Numbered from the stretch's first letter, positions 20,132-31,022 are shown. The stretch: DNA of 33,479 bases from Opitutia bacterium (GCA_050506795.1 JBJHCF010000050.1:1-33479); one strand, 5' to 3'. Numbers and translations: made by a program. Notes: a model not told the origin generated them from the letters alone.

Positions 20132-23100
20132 ATGGGCACGGAACAAAAGAGGAAAGCGGGTTGGAAACGGTGGACGTTGAGGATATTCGTCGGCATAGCG
20201 TTTCTCTATCTGCTTTGCGGATTCGTATTGGTTCCTTTGGCGGTCTGGTTCGCGGCGCCCCGGGTGGCGGGCGGGATTATTGAAGGAAGCCTCGAACTGG
20301 GTGCGGTGCGCATGAACCCGCTGACGTTCACCGTGACCGTGCGCGAAGCGTTGCTGCGCGATCCGGATGGAGAAGTCGCGCTGAGCATCGACCGCTTTCA
20401 CGCCAACGCCGATCCGGTTGGCTCGCTTTTCCGCCGCGAACTGTCGGCCTCGGAGTTGTCCCTGGCCGGGTTGCGGCTGAACGTGTTAATCGAGGAGAAC
20501 GGGGAGTTGAACCTGGTCCGGGCGACCGCCTTGCGCGACCCGCCGCCGCCGCCGGACGAGCCGGCGGAACCGTTCGAGATTCCCGCAGCGTTTCTGGGGA
20601 GGTTTGCGTTGGAGGACGCTGAGATCCATTTCGAGGATCGTTCGGGCTCGGCCCCCTTCCAGTACACGATCACCTCGCTGAACGTTCTCCTCGAGGACAT
20701 TCGCACGAGCGTCGAGCACGGCAACACCTACGAGATTGTGGCGACGGGTGAATCCGACGAGCGCGTGACAGTGGAGGGCGAGTTTCAACTCAATCCGCTG
20801 AGCTTTTGGGGCCAAGTGAACGTGGACGGTTTCCGGGCGCCGGTTTACGCCCCATTGTACGCGGAGCTGCTCCCGGTCCATTTGGCCGACGGCCGTTTCC
20901 GCGGATCGTTGGAGTACCGATTTGATCCGCTGGCGGAAACGCCGCGCCTCGGGATCGCCGACGGTTCCTTCGAAATCGATTCGGTGGAACTGCGTCCCGG
21001 AGAAGACGAGCCGGCGTTCTTCGGCCTGGATCGCCTCGCTGTGACGGGGATCGCGGCCGACTTGTTCGAGCAGAGGGCGAGCGTCGGGTCCGTGGAGATC
21101 GGGCCGGGCTTCCTAAAAGTCGTGCGCGAGGCCGACGGTTCGATCGATCTGCTCGCCCTGTTGCCGGCGCCGGCGCCGGACTACGCGCTGGTTGAGACGG
21201 ATCCGGCCGTGCCGGCGGAGCGGTCCCCGATCGAATTCGGGGTGCTCTCGGGCGGCCAGGATTTGGGGAAACCGGTGGATGCGGCGCTCAGTCGCGTCGG
21301 GGAATTGACGGATGCGGACTGGATTTTCGAACTGACCTCGTTCGATTTTTCCGGATTTGTCGTCGAACTTGAGGATCGCACCGGCCCGGAGCCGGTGCTG
21401 TTGCGGGCCCACGATATTGCCCTGGGCATTTCGAACCTGACGAACGCTCCGGAAGAAGCGGCCGATGTTCAGTTTTCCCTTTCTCTCAACGACGCCGGCT
21501 CAGTCGGCGTGAACGGATCGGTCGTGCCGAACCCCGCGACCGCGGACTTGGCGTTCGAGCTAACCGGGCTGGATCTCGCGCCGTTCGCGCCACTGGCGGA
21601 GGGCTTCGTTCCCCTGCGGCTCGATTCCGCCGTGGTCGAGGTCTCGGGCGACGCGCGCGCGGGCCTGGGGCCGGAAGGCGACCCGTTCGCGGATGTTCGG
21701 ACAAGCGTTGCAGTACGGGATTTTTCGATACGGCTTTCCGGTGACGAGCACGCCTTGGCCGCGTTCCGGGAATTGACGATTACGGACGTCAAGGCCGCCA
21801 TGGAACCGCTGAGCGTCGACGTCGCGGAGATCCGCATGGTGGGACCTCGTGCCCGGGTGGAGCGTCTGCAGGATGGCTCCCTCGCGGTGCTGCGATTGGT
21901 GCCGGAAGGTGTGCCGGCTGACGAAGCGTTGGCGGTCGAAGACACTTCGCCGCCGCTGGACGACCTTGGGCCGCTTCCGGAGGTGGAGGCTGCGCCGCCA
22001 GCCATCCCGCCGCTGCCGGTGCGCCTGGGGCGTTTCGTTTTGGAGGACGGGGATATCGAATTTTTGGATGCATCGGTTCAGCCCGCCGGGCGAATTGAGT
22101 TGAAGCCGTTCCAAATTTTGATCGAGGACATCTCGCTGGAGGAAGGCACCGAAACGAAGGCCGAGTTTTCCGGAACGCTCGCCGAAGCGGGGACCATCGA
22201 GTGGAACGCGAGCACGGGTCTTGCCGATTTCCGGGAACGCACTCGACTGGAAATGGCGATTCGCGAGATCCCGCTGGCGGTTTTTTCGCCGTATGCGATC
22301 GACGGCGTCGGGCGACCGATCGACAGCGGTTCCTTTTCCGGCGATTTCAATATCGCGATCGACGCAAACGATTTGGACGCCACCAACCAGTTGCGCGTTC
22401 AATCTCTGCGCTTCGGGCGGGGCGACTCCGCCATGGGTGGTCCGCCGGTCGGCGTGGCCGTCGCCGCGCTCGAGAACCGAAACAGCTTGATCACGCTGGA
22501 TGTCCCCATCAGCGGAAGTCTCGACGATCCAGACTTCCATCCGGCGCAGCTCTTCGCGAGGATTTTGCGGACGACGGCGACCCGGGCGCTAACCGCGCCC
22601 TTGAGCATTGCGGGCTCCCTCGTCGGAGGAACTCTTTCCGGGATCTCTGTGCTTCGGTCGGCGGAGGAGGACGACGGCGGGTTCGATCACATTGCTTTTA
22701 CCGAGGGAAGTTTCGAACTCGACGGGGAAGGGCGGGAGATACTCGAGACCTTGCGGAGTTTTCTCGCCGAGAGGCCCCAGGCGCAACTGGTCGTGATTCC
22801 TGCGGTCAATCCGGAGGCGGATTTCCAGGCGATGGTACGGGCCGAGCTCGATGGCCGGCTTGCTGCCACCGGAGCGTCCTCGCGCTCCGGCGCTGTCCGG
22901 CAGCTCTATGAGGAAACGTTCGGGGATCCTCAACCCGCGGATAACACGGTGGATACACTCCCGGATACCATTGAGGATACCGTTGTGGATCCGGAGGAAA
23001 CTGAAGAAACGCATGCGCGCCGCACGGTACGCATGGCGGGCTTTTACCTTTCCGGGCCGGTTCGGCGCGGTCGTGTGGAGGCTGCGCCTCCGGAATCGGA

Positions 23101-23368
23101 AGAGATCGAATCGGAAGATTTCGAACCGGAAGAGATCGAATCGGAACCGGCGACATCCGTGCTCAGCGTGGCGGAGATGGAACGGCGACTCCTCGATGAG
23201 ATTGAACTCGATGAAGGGTCGTTGGACGATCTGGCAAACGCCCGCTTCGAAACGGTCCGAGAGTTTATAACCGCGTCCGGCGATGTTTCCAGTGAGCAAG
23301 TGTCCGCGACTCCCCACGAGGAAGGGGAGCCGGGCGCGCGGTTTGCGTTTGACACCGATCTCGAATAA
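20132..23368 (+). CDS. DUF748 domain membrane-anchored protein (AsmA-like repeats), acidic
   Basis: N-terminal TM segment LYLLCGFVLVP, then VRMNPLTF, repeated DG..DL/F.D motifs, and ITLDVPISGSLDDPDF plus FLAERPQ C-terminal pattern. Confidence 0.8.
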   Translation: MGTEQKRKAGWKRWTLRIFVGIAFLYLLCGFVLVPLAVWFAAPRVAGGIIEGSLELGAVRMNPLTFTVTVREALLRDPDGEVALSIDRFHANADPVGSLFRRELSASELSLAGLRLNVLIEENGELNLVRATALRDPPPPPDEPAEPFEIPAAFLGRFALEDAEIHFEDRSGSAPFQYTITSLNVLLEDIRTSVEHGNTYEIVATGESDERVTVEGEFQLNPLSFWGQVNVDGFRAPVYAPLYAELLPVHLADGRFRGSLEYRFDPLAETPRLGIADGSFEIDSVELRPGEDEPAFFGLDRLAVTGIAADLFEQRASVGSVEIGPGFLKVVREADGSIDLLALLPAPAPDYALVETDPAVPAERSPIEFGVLSGGQDLGKPVDAALSRVGELTDADWIFELTSFDFSGFVVELEDRTGPEPVLLRAHDIALGISNLTNAPEEAADVQFSLSLNDAGSVGVNGSVVPNPATADLAFELTGLDLAPFAPLAEGFVPLRLDSAVVEVSGDARAGLGPEGDPFADVRTSVAVRDFSIRLSGDEHALAAFRELTITDVKAAMEPLSVDVAEIRMVGPRARVERLQDGSLAVLRLVPEGVPADEALAVEDTSPPLDDLGPLPEVEAAPPAIPPLPVRLGRFVLEDGDIEFLDASVQPAGRIELKPFQILIEDISLEEGTETKAEFSGTLAEAGTIEWNASTGLADFRERTRLEMAIREIPLAVFSPYAIDGVGRPIDSGSFSGDFNIAIDANDLDATNQLRVQSLRFGRGDSAMGGPPVGVAVAALENRNSLITLDVPISGSLDDPDFHPAQLFARILRTTATRALTAPLSIAGSLVGGTLSGISVLRSAEEDDGGFDHIAFTEGSFELDGEGREILETLRSFLAERPQAQLVVIPAVNPEADFQAMVRAELDGRLAATGASSRSGAVRQLYEETFGDPQPADNTVDTLPDTIEDTVVDPEETEETHARRTVRMAGFYLSGPVRRGRVEAAPPESEEIESEDFEPEEIESEPATSVLSVAEMERRLLDEIELDEGSLDDLANARFETVREFITASGDVSSEQVSATPHEEGEPGARFAFDTDLE
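23093..23146 (+). repeat. In-frame 15-bp tandem repeat (about 3.6 copies)
   Basis: GAATCGGAAGAGATC/GAATCGGAAGATTTC/GAACCGGAAGAGATC/GAATCGGAA encoding ESEEI-ESEDF-EPEEI-ESE. Confidence 0.8.
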
Positions 23369-23446
23369 TACCCTCGATTTTAAATCGTGAATTTCCGATC
23401 GCGCGTTTTCCCGGCCGGGTCGGAGATGCCTTGCACTCCAAAATCG

Positions 23447-23481
23447 ATGGCCCGGCCATGCCGAAGGATGACCGGGCCATT
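23447..23481. terminator. Hairpin between convergent genes, possible terminator
   Basis: ATGGCCCGG...CCGGGCCAT inverted repeat, no clear U-tract. Confidence 0.4.
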
Positions 23482-23575
23482 GAGTAGCCGGTGGGATTCG
23501 ATCTAGCAGGAGCTATTTCGATTTGGCGGCGTCATCAAGGAATTCAGGATCGTTGGAATCCGATAACGAATCCCG

Positions 23576-24949
23576 TCAGCGGGTGAACTGCCACCAGTTA
23601 AAATTGAAGAGGTCACTGTCATCCTGGCCTTCGAAAATGAAGTATAGATCGTGAACCCCTTCAACCTCGGAGACCTCAATCTCCACGGTTTCCCATTCAT
23701 CCCATCCGCCGGTGTCGGGCACTTCGCAGGTGCCGATCACGCGACCGTCCGCCGCACCCAGACGAATCTCGATTCGGCCGCCTTCCGAACCGGAAGCGAC
23801 ACGGGCCTGGAAGCTTTCGGCACCGGATTCAAAATCGACACCGGCCACTCGGATCCAGTCGCCGTGATTGATGGAGGTCACCATGGTTCCGCCTTCACTG
23901 CAGTCTTTGACGGCGATTCCCTCCTGTCTGTTTATGGTCGCTGCTTTCACCGTCTGGAACGGATTGAAGTTTCGGATCTGCGGGACACCATCGTGGGTGA
24001 CAACGACCGGTTCGATCGAACCGTCTTCGTTGTGAATCAGCCGCTCCACGGAAATATTTCTGAAAAACGTCTGACCTGAAAGCCTGCGGTCGTGGTAGAA
24101 AATGTACCATTCCCCTTCATACTCGATGATTCCCTGGTGATTGTTGTTGTGGTTGTTGATGTTTTGACCGTCAAGGGTCGGGTTCTCGAGCACGATCCCC
24201 TGGTAGGTGAATCCGGTTACCGGGTTGTCACTGGTGAGATAGTCGATTCTCGCCGCACCCTCCGCGAAATTGGTCGAATAGGTGAAGTAATAGATGTCGT
24301 TGTGCTTGTGAACGAAAGCCGCTTCGAACGAATTTCTCGCTTCGATGGTGATCGCCGGGCCATCGACTGAAATCATGTCCTCGTTAAGTTTGATCACCCG
24401 CAGATTTTCACCATAGCCGAACTCGTTGTTCGCGCCTCCTCCGAAGTAAAGGTAGGCTTGGCCGTCGTCGTCGATAAACACTCCCGGATCGAAGACCCAG
24501 GCGACATTCGCATTGGGAATTCCCCTGTGGATCAGCGGCCCGCCGAGCGGATCGACGAAAGGTCCTTCCGGGCGATCGGCAACCGCGACGCCAGTGTTGG
24601 ATCCGCCGTTCGGAAAATAAAGGTAAACCTTGCCGTTACGCTCGATGGCGCCGGGGGCGAATGCCCGTCCGGCCCACGAGGCGTCCCTGGGGACCTCGAA
24701 CACCACTCCGTGGTCGAGCCAGTTGACCATGTCGTCGGTCGAGACCAGGTTATAACTGACGATATCGTAACCGTTCCGGTTGTGCTCGTCGTTCGAGCCG
24801 TAGACGTAAAGCCGCCCTTCGAAGATCATTGGCTCGGGGTCGGCCGAGTAGCGCTGCGTGAAAATCGGATTCGCGTGAAGCGAGTTCGAAAAGGCGAGAC
24901 CGGCACCCAGAGTTGCCAGTGCGATTAGTGTGGAGAATGCTTTTGTCAT
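23576..24949 (-). CDS. Secreted GH43 (arabinofuranosidase/xylosidase, XynD-like) with C-terminal CBM6
   Basis: Signal peptide. GH43 motifs SADP, FDPGVFIDDDGQAYLYFGG, FEA and NNHQGI. CBM6 segment GDWI..VDF...TGGW..W...GVHDLYFIF. Confidence 0.9.
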   Translation of the reverse strand: MTKAFSTLIALATLGAGLAFSNSLHANPIFTQRYSADPEPMIFEGRLYVYGSNDEHNRNGYDIVSYNLVSTDDMVNWLDHGVVFEVPRDASWAGRAFAPGAIERNGKVYLYFPNGGSNTGVAVADRPEGPFVDPLGGPLIHRGIPNANVAWVFDPGVFIDDDGQAYLYFGGGANNEFGYGENLRVIKLNEDMISVDGPAITIEARNSFEAAFVHKHNDIYYFTYSTNFAEGAARIDYLTSDNPVTGFTYQGIVLENPTLDGQNINNHNNNHQGIIEYEGEWYIFYHDRRLSGQTFFRNISVERLIHNEDGSIEPVVVTHDGVPQIRNFNPFQTVKAATINRQEGIAVKDCSEGGTMVTSINHGDWIRVAGVDFESGAESFQARVASGSEGGRIEIRLGAADGRVIGTCEVPDTGGWDEWETVEIEVSEVEGVHDLYFIFEGQDDSDLFNFNWWQFTR

Positions 24950-25128
24950 TATTAGGCCTTGCGTTAGTGATCTACAGCCAAGTCGGGTTTGGGTGTTGGA
25001 TAAACAATATCGGGCACTCCTCGCAATTGAGGGTGTGTGCTAACAATAGACTAAGCTGGATGGCGTTCGGTTAATCCGGTTGATCGTTAGATGAAACCGA
25101 ACTGAGATGGGATCGCGCTTCCCTTTCC

Positions 25129-25176
25129 TGGAGGGCGGCGCTCCCGCGCCGCCGGTGTGCGGGCAAGATGCCCGCG
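25129..25176. repeat. GGAG-type REP plus GCGGGC hairpin, partial copy of the composite element
   Basis: AGGGCGGCGCTCCCGCGCCGCCGGTG is shared with 33191-33216 and is followed by GCGGGCAAGATGCCCGCG. Confidence 0.8.
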
Positions 25177-25214
25177 GGAGCGGCTCCCCTGCGGAAGTGC
25201 CAATGAGATTCGGT

Positions 25215-25895
25215 TTACCTATCCAACCGGCGAAAACGGAGGTTGCGCAGAGCGGCGGTCGTGTTCCATGACGCGATGCCCAATGGGCGCGAGAGGCCGA
25301 TATCCGGGCGAACGTCGAGTTGGCGGCCGAAAGTGTCGAGGTCGACGATCAATTCCTCGTCGATCCATGCCCGAAACCGATCATCGGTCACGCGGACGCG
25401 AATCGTATACCACCGATCCGTTTCGAAGCTCATGAAGACCGTGGTTTCGTTCTCGGAGGCATCGGCGGAATCCACGTTGGATAGGCCGACCACCGTGCCG
25501 CCCCAGCCTCCGATGATCAACGACACATGACTGTCGTTGACCGGAAGGGTCAGGCCGCAAAAAATATCGATCCCGTCGAGCCTGCTCGCCTCCAGCGAGA
25601 TTTCGTAGTTGTTCGTTGGAAGGGTTTCCTCGCCCGTCCAGGTGATCCCGGTAAGGCCATCGCCTCGGCCGAGAATGATCGTGTCACCGTCGACCGATAC
25701 CGGCCCGGGCAGGAGGAAGCCGGTCGGACGCCATGCGCCCAGGGTCTCCCCGTCGAAGAGCGGGGTCCACTCGGTGTGAGGCGCGGCCGTTGGTGGGGCG
25801 GCGGTCTGGTGTGCGGAAACACACCCGATCAGGAAAACCGCCGGCAGGAACGTTGAGACGAACGCGGCGAGTTGTGAGATCCGACCCTCGTGCAT
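25215..25895 (-). CDS. DUF1080 (3-keto-disaccharide hydrolase-like) lipoprotein
   Basis: Lipobox-like LIGC. Motifs WTPLFDGETLGAW, NYEISLEA, FCGLTLPV and GGWGGTVVGLS. Confidence 0.8.
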   Translation of the reverse strand: MHEGRISQLAAFVSTFLPAVFLIGCVSAHQTAAPPTAAPHTEWTPLFDGETLGAWRPTGFLLPGPVSVDGDTIILGRGDGLTGITWTGEETLPTNNYEISLEASRLDGIDIFCGLTLPVNDSHVSLIIGGWGGTVVGLSNVDSADASENETTVFMSFETDRWYTIRVRVTDDRFRAWIDEELIVDLDTFGRQLDVRPDIGLSRPLGIASWNTTAALRNLRFRRLDR

Positions 25896-26382
25896 AACGA
25901 TTTATGGTGCGGTCGTGAATGGCGAAGCAAGCCAAATATGAGGCACACGATCTTGCGCGGTTGCACGCCCGCCACGCTCAAGCGTGCGAAACCGCCAAGG
26001 TATGGAAAAGGAGTGACGGATATTCTGGCGGGGAAATAAAAACGCGTGAGAATGGTTTACAGATAACACGGAGGTTCGTATGGAAACTGAACACTGATTG
26101 CGATGATGCGGCCGAACGAAGGGGACTTTGTTAAGTGTCCGCAAGGCACGGTTCTTTCGCCCTCTAAGCATATGCCAACCTACCGATTCTTTTCCGGCCT
26201 TCGAATCACGGATACCGGGGGCTGTGGTCACAATGTCGGCATTGCTGGCGCAAAGTAGTCAAATGCGAATTGTCACGGAATCGTCGCCGAATCAAACACC
26301 GGCGTAAGTATTTGAGGTGAAACTATTCGACTTTTACGGTTTTTACTCAAAAGATGAAGCAATCCCACGAACACACTGAGAA

Positions 26383-27531
26383 ATGAAACACCTACTAAAA
26401 CCACTAAGAACGTTAGGCCTTGTTACCTCGATACTTATGATTCCGCTGACATCCGGATTGAGCGATGACGAAGGGGAGCAATCCCCGGCGAAAGCGTTGA
26501 AAGATGCCTATAAAGACGTTTTCTTCATTGGAACCGCCCTGAACAACGGGCATATCACGGAGCGGGATACGGCGTCTGTTGAGATCATCAAGAGACACTT
26601 CAACTCCATCACGGCCGAAAACGTAATGAAACCCGGGCCGCTGAATCCGGAACGAGGGGTTTACAATTTCGGCCCCGCCGATCAATTCATCGCCTTCGGT
26701 GAGGCCAATGACATGTTCATCGTCGGCCATACCTTGGTCTGGCACAGCCAAACTCCGAACTGGTTCTACCAGGATGAGGAGGGGAATCGGAATAGCAGAG
26801 AAGCTCAAATAGAACGGATGCGCAGCCACATTGAAACCGTGGCCGGTCGATATGCCGGGCGGGTTCACGGCTGGGATGTCCTCAATGAGGCGCTAAATGA
26901 GGACGGGTCCTTGCGGAATTCGCTTTGGCGTCAGATTATCGGTGACGACTACATCCGTCTGGCTTTCCAGTTTGCCGCTGAATACGCGCCTGATACGGAA
27001 CTCTATTACAATGACTACAACATGTGGCGGCCTTCCAAACGGGACGGCGCTGTCGCCATTGTGAAAGACCTTCAGGAACACGGAATCCGTATCGACGGAG
27101 TGGGTATGCAAGGTCATTGGGGAATCGATTACCCGGATCTTCAGGATATAAAGGATAGTATCGACGCGTTTGCCGCACTTGGGGTCAAGGTTCATATTAC
27201 CGAGCTGGATGTTGACGTCCTTCCTCGCGAAGGAGGCCCAACGGCGGATATCGGTGCAACCCAGGAAATGGGAGAGGCGATGAATCCATGGCCTGACGGG
27301 CTTCCCGACGAAATGGAGGAGGCGCTGGCGGAACGATGGGTTGAGTTCTTTCAAATCCTCTACGACCGGCGCGATGTAATTGACCGGGTGACGTTGTGGG
27401 GTGTCCATGACGGCCAGTCATGGAAGAACAATTTTCCGATACGGGGAAGAACCAACTACCCGCTGCTTTTTACACGTCAACATGAACCAAGGCCGGCATT
27501 TGACGCCGTTATTGCGATTCCACAGCAGTAG
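26383..27531 (+). CDS. GH10 endo-1,4-beta-xylanase, secreted
   Basis: Motifs TAENVMK, GHTLVWHSQ, WDVLNE (acid/base), YYNDY, GMQGH, ITELDV (nucleophile) and GRTNYPLLF. Confidence 0.96.
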   Translation: MKHLLKPLRTLGLVTSILMIPLTSGLSDDEGEQSPAKALKDAYKDVFFIGTALNNGHITERDTASVEIIKRHFNSITAENVMKPGPLNPERGVYNFGPADQFIAFGEANDMFIVGHTLVWHSQTPNWFYQDEEGNRNSREAQIERMRSHIETVAGRYAGRVHGWDVLNEALNEDGSLRNSLWRQIIGDDYIRLAFQFAAEYAPDTELYYNDYNMWRPSKRDGAVAIVKDLQEHGIRIDGVGMQGHWGIDYPDLQDIKDSIDAFAALGVKVHITELDVDVLPREGGPTADIGATQEMGEAMNPWPDGLPDEMEEALAERWVEFFQILYDRRDVIDRVTLWGVHDGQSWKNNFPIRGRTNYPLLFTRQHEPRPAFDAVIAIPQQ

Positions 27532-27612
27532 GTTCGATGAGCCAAACAAGTGGATACGGCTCACTCCGGCTTGAGGAGTTGGAGCGCTGATTGAATTTGC
27601 GCGATTCGATAG

Positions 27613-27644
27613 GCCCTCCCGGATTTTAACCGGGAGGGCTTTCT
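27613..27644 (+). terminator. Rho-independent terminator after the GH10 gene
   Basis: GCCCTCCCGG-ATTTTAA-CCGGGAGGGC followed by TTTCT. Confidence 0.7.
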
Positions 27645-27876
27645 GCAGCCGGTGAGCGGTGTCGATTTGGGAGGATGAGTTGTATGCGTTTCTGATTGCT
27701 CCTGAACGTGACGAACCCTGAAAAGCCAGTCCCGGGCAAAGTAGGCTTGTCTTTTGATTCAAGTCCTCCCAATACTCCGCCACCCAATAATTGGATCTTA
27801 GGAACCGCTATTCATTTTTGGCGTTTTGTGCGGATAATTTGAGCAGCTTTCAACTACAGTTTGAACAGGGAAGATA

Positions 27877-29259
27877 ATGGCAAAACAGAACCTGACCCTC
27901 AAAGAGAAACTCGGCTACGGCCTCGGTGATACCGCCAGCAATATCGTCTATCAGGCCGTCATCAATGTCCTGCTGTATTTTTACACGGACGTCTATGGCA
28001 TCACGGCGGCGGCGGCGGGGACCCTGATGCTGGTTGTCCGGTTGTTCGATGCGGTGACCGACCCGGTCATGGGGGCCGTGGCGGACCGGACACGGTCCAA
28101 ACACGGTCGTTACCGACCCTGGATGCTCTGGGTGGCGATTCCCTATGGAGGCCTCGCAGTCGCCGCGTTCATTACGCCCGGTCCTGACATGGGCACGAAA
28201 CTGGTTTATGCCTACATCAGTTACTCGTTACTAATGGCTGCCTACACGGCGGTGAACATCCCGTATTCGGCGCTGGGTGGTGTGATGACGGGTGACAGCG
28301 AAGAGCGCGGCAATCTCCAGACCTGGCGCTTTGGGATGGCGATGGTCGGGGGGTTCCTGGTGACAACTTCGATTTTCCCGCTCGCGAAGTTGTTGGGCGG
28401 TGGCAGCACGCCGGAGGATTTCCAAATTGGCTTCCCACTGGCGATGGCCGTCATGGCGGTGATCGCCGTGCTGTGCTTCATCGGCTGTTTCGCGTTCACC
28501 AAAGAACATGTTTACCATGATGACAACCTGACCAAAGGAAACGCGGCGTACGATCTGAAGGCCATGTTCACCAATTCGCAATGGCTGATCATTGCCCTGG
28601 CTACACTCATCATCATGACCCGTGGGGCCATGCAAAGCGCCGCCAAACCTTATTTTGTCGATTACTACCTGATCAACACGATGACGGGGATCTTCGGCGA
28701 TACGAGTAACCTGATTTCCATGTTTATGGGGCTGACCATGCTCGCCGGTGTAGCGGGAGCGGTGGCGGCGAATTGGCTGATTCGCTATCGCTGCAAAATA
28801 AAAGTCATGAAGCTCGCTCTCTGCGGGACGATTATTTTGAACGCGGCGCTGTTCTTCGTGCCGCGCGAATGGATCTTTCCCGCGCTGACCCTGACGATGA
28901 TGTCCAACTTCTTTCACATGATGTTCGTGCCGCTCCTGTTTTCCACCGTGCCCGATACCGTAGACTACGGCGTCCGGACCATGGGCAAAGGGGCGATGGC
29001 GATGTTCTGTGGCGGCCACCTGTTCGCGTTGAAAGCGGGCAACGCCGTGGGCGGCAGCCTGACGGGTTGGCTCCTTGGGTTTTTCGGATATGAGGCGCAT
29101 GTCGAGCAAACCGACCGCGCGCTCTTCGGTATCGTGTTCGTCTTTGCCGGCACCACGGTTATTGCCGCGACCCTTGTGATTATCTGTCTTCAGTTCTACA
29201 AATTGACCAGGGGATGGCAGGACCGCATCCAGTGGCCTCCGAGCCCTTCTGGAAACTGA
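27877..29259 (+). CDS. MFS glycoside-pentoside-hexuronide symporter (XynT/YagG-like, probable xyloside uptake)
   Basis: Motifs EKLGYGLGD, FYTDVYG, DAVTDPVMG..ADRTRSKHGRYRPW, NIPYSAL and PDTVDYG. Multiple TM helices. Confidence 0.93.
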   Translation: MAKQNLTLKEKLGYGLGDTASNIVYQAVINVLLYFYTDVYGITAAAAGTLMLVVRLFDAVTDPVMGAVADRTRSKHGRYRPWMLWVAIPYGGLAVAAFITPGPDMGTKLVYAYISYSLLMAAYTAVNIPYSALGGVMTGDSEERGNLQTWRFGMAMVGGFLVTTSIFPLAKLLGGGSTPEDFQIGFPLAMAVMAVIAVLCFIGCFAFTKEHVYHDDNLTKGNAAYDLKAMFTNSQWLIIALATLIIMTRGAMQSAAKPYFVDYYLINTMTGIFGDTSNLISMFMGLTMLAGVAGAVAANWLIRYRCKIKVMKLALCGTIILNAALFFVPREWIFPALTLTMMSNFFHMMFVPLLFSTVPDTVDYGVRTMGKGAMAMFCGGHLFALKAGNAVGGSLTGWLLGFFGYEAHVEQTDRALFGIVFVFAGTTVIAATLVIICLQFYKLTRGWQDRIQWPPSPSGN

Positions 29260-29283
29260 CGCATCAGTCGTAAAAGTTTGTCT

Positions 29284-30951
29284 ATGGCCAACATAAAAAA
29301 CCCGATTCTTCCCGGCTTCAATCCCGACCCCTCCATCGTGCGGGTCGGTGATGATTACTATGTGGCCACCTCAACCTTCGAATGGTTTCCAGGCGTGCAG
29401 ATTCATCACTCACGCGATCTCGTCCACTGGCGATTGCTCACGCGGCCGCTCCGTCGGGCGGCCCAGCTCAACATGCTCGGCGATCCGGACTCGTGCGGGG
29501 TATGGGCGCCGTGTCTGACGTATGCGGACAATCGGTTCTGGTTGATTTACACCGACGTGAAACGCTTCGGACGATCGAGCATGGGTGGCACCGGCGGAGC
29601 GTCGATGCGGGATTTTCACAATTATCTCGTCACCTGCCCGACCATTGATGGTGAATGGTCCGACCCGGTTTACCTGAACAGCAGCGGGTTCGATCCTTCG
29701 TTGTTTCATGACGACGACGGAAAGAAGTATCTATTGAACATGCTTTGGGACTACCGCCCGGCAAAGAACCGGTTCGCGGGAATCGTCCTGCAGGAATATT
29801 CCGTCGAGGAAAAGAGGATGGTCGGCGAGCGCGTGAACATTTTCCAGGGAACATCGCTTCGCTTGACTGAAGCACCACACCTTTACAAGCGCGACGGGTG
29901 GTATTATCTCCTGACGGCGGAAGGTGGGACGAACTGGGACCATGCGGTGACGATGGCCCGATCCCGAACTCTCACCGGCCCGTACGAACTTCATCCCGAC
30001 TGCCACATCCTGACCGCGCGAAATCGTCCCGACTCGGAATTGCAACGCGCGGGCCACGCGGACCTTGTTGAAACGCAAAACGGCGAGACCTACATGGTCT
30101 ATTTGGCGGGGCGTCCGATTCCCAATCGCGGTCGATGTGTACTCGGACGCGAAACGGCGATTCAAAAAATGACCTGGGGCGAGGACGGATGGCTAAGGAC
30201 CCTGGATGGACAAGGGGTTCCCTCGATTGAGACGCCCGCGCCGAGCTTGCCTCCCGTGGCAGCGGACGCGGGTCAGCTCCAATCAACGGAGCAAAACGCC
30301 TGCCGCGACGACTTTGATGAACCGGAACTGCCGATCGACTTTCAATGGCTGCGCACACCGTATCCCGAGGAAATCTTCAGCCTCACCGCGCGGCCCGGTC
30401 ATCTTCGGCTTTTTGGCCGCGAATCGATCGGATGTCTGTTCAGGCAGGCGCTGATTGCACGGCGACAACAGGCTTTTTGCTACAGCGCGGAGACGGTCGT
30501 GGAGTTCGAACCGGAGCATTTTCAACAATTGGCCGGCCTGACCTGTTATTACAACTCGTCGAAATTCCATTACCTCTATATTTCCCACGACGAAAAGATC
30601 GGGAAATTTCTCGCGGTGATGTCGAGTATTCCAGACGCCGCGCAGGCCGATTCTTTCACTCCTCCGATCGCGCTCCCGGCCGGCAAACCCATACACCTGC
30701 GCGTCGAAGTGGACTACGAACGGCTCTACTTCGCCTACCGCGTCGAAGGCGTGGACAGCAACTGGCAAAGGATCCCAGAGCAGTTTGACGCCAGCATCCT
30801 CTCCGACGAAGCGACCGCTATCGGGCAACCCAACTTCACCGGAGCGTTCGTCGGCATGGCGTGTCAGGACATGGCGGGCACGGCTCGTCCGGCGGACTTT
30901 GACTTCTTCCGGTACCAGGAGCGGGAGTACCGTTCAAACCCCTTCGAATAA
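29284..30951 (+). CDS. xynB: GH43 beta-xylosidase, cytoplasmic (XynB/YagH-like)
   Basis: Motifs NPILPGFNPDPS, STFEWFPG, GVWAP, GFDPSLF, TEAPH, AEGGT, LGRET and FTGAFVG. Confidence 0.93.
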   Translation: MANIKNPILPGFNPDPSIVRVGDDYYVATSTFEWFPGVQIHHSRDLVHWRLLTRPLRRAAQLNMLGDPDSCGVWAPCLTYADNRFWLIYTDVKRFGRSSMGGTGGASMRDFHNYLVTCPTIDGEWSDPVYLNSSGFDPSLFHDDDGKKYLLNMLWDYRPAKNRFAGIVLQEYSVEEKRMVGERVNIFQGTSLRLTEAPHLYKRDGWYYLLTAEGGTNWDHAVTMARSRTLTGPYELHPDCHILTARNRPDSELQRAGHADLVETQNGETYMVYLAGRPIPNRGRCVLGRETAIQKMTWGEDGWLRTLDGQGVPSIETPAPSLPPVAADAGQLQSTEQNACRDDFDEPELPIDFQWLRTPYPEEIFSLTARPGHLRLFGRESIGCLFRQALIARRQQAFCYSAETVVEFEPEHFQQLAGLTCYYNSSKFHYLYISHDEKIGKFLAVMSSIPDAAQADSFTPPIALPAGKPIHLRVEVDYERLYFAYRVEGVDSNWQRIPEQFDASILSDEATAIGQPNFTGAFVGMACQDMAGTARPADFDFFRYQEREYRSNPFE

Positions 30952-31022
30952 ATTGCCGGGTGACTGTGACGAGCGTCGGCATTAAGCCGAGGCGAGACAC
31001 ACTCATGCAGCATCGTTTCTCG

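Noticed and set aside
25038..25092. attC-like CTAAC...GTTAG inverted repeat
   Set aside because: About 55 bp, arms asymmetric by about 5 nt, one end does not fit GTTRRRY/RYYYAAC, no array context and 23 kb from intI.
25919..26134. 71-aa ORF between DUF1080 and GH10
   Set aside because: No recognisable motif or RBS. Probably part of the divergent promoter region.
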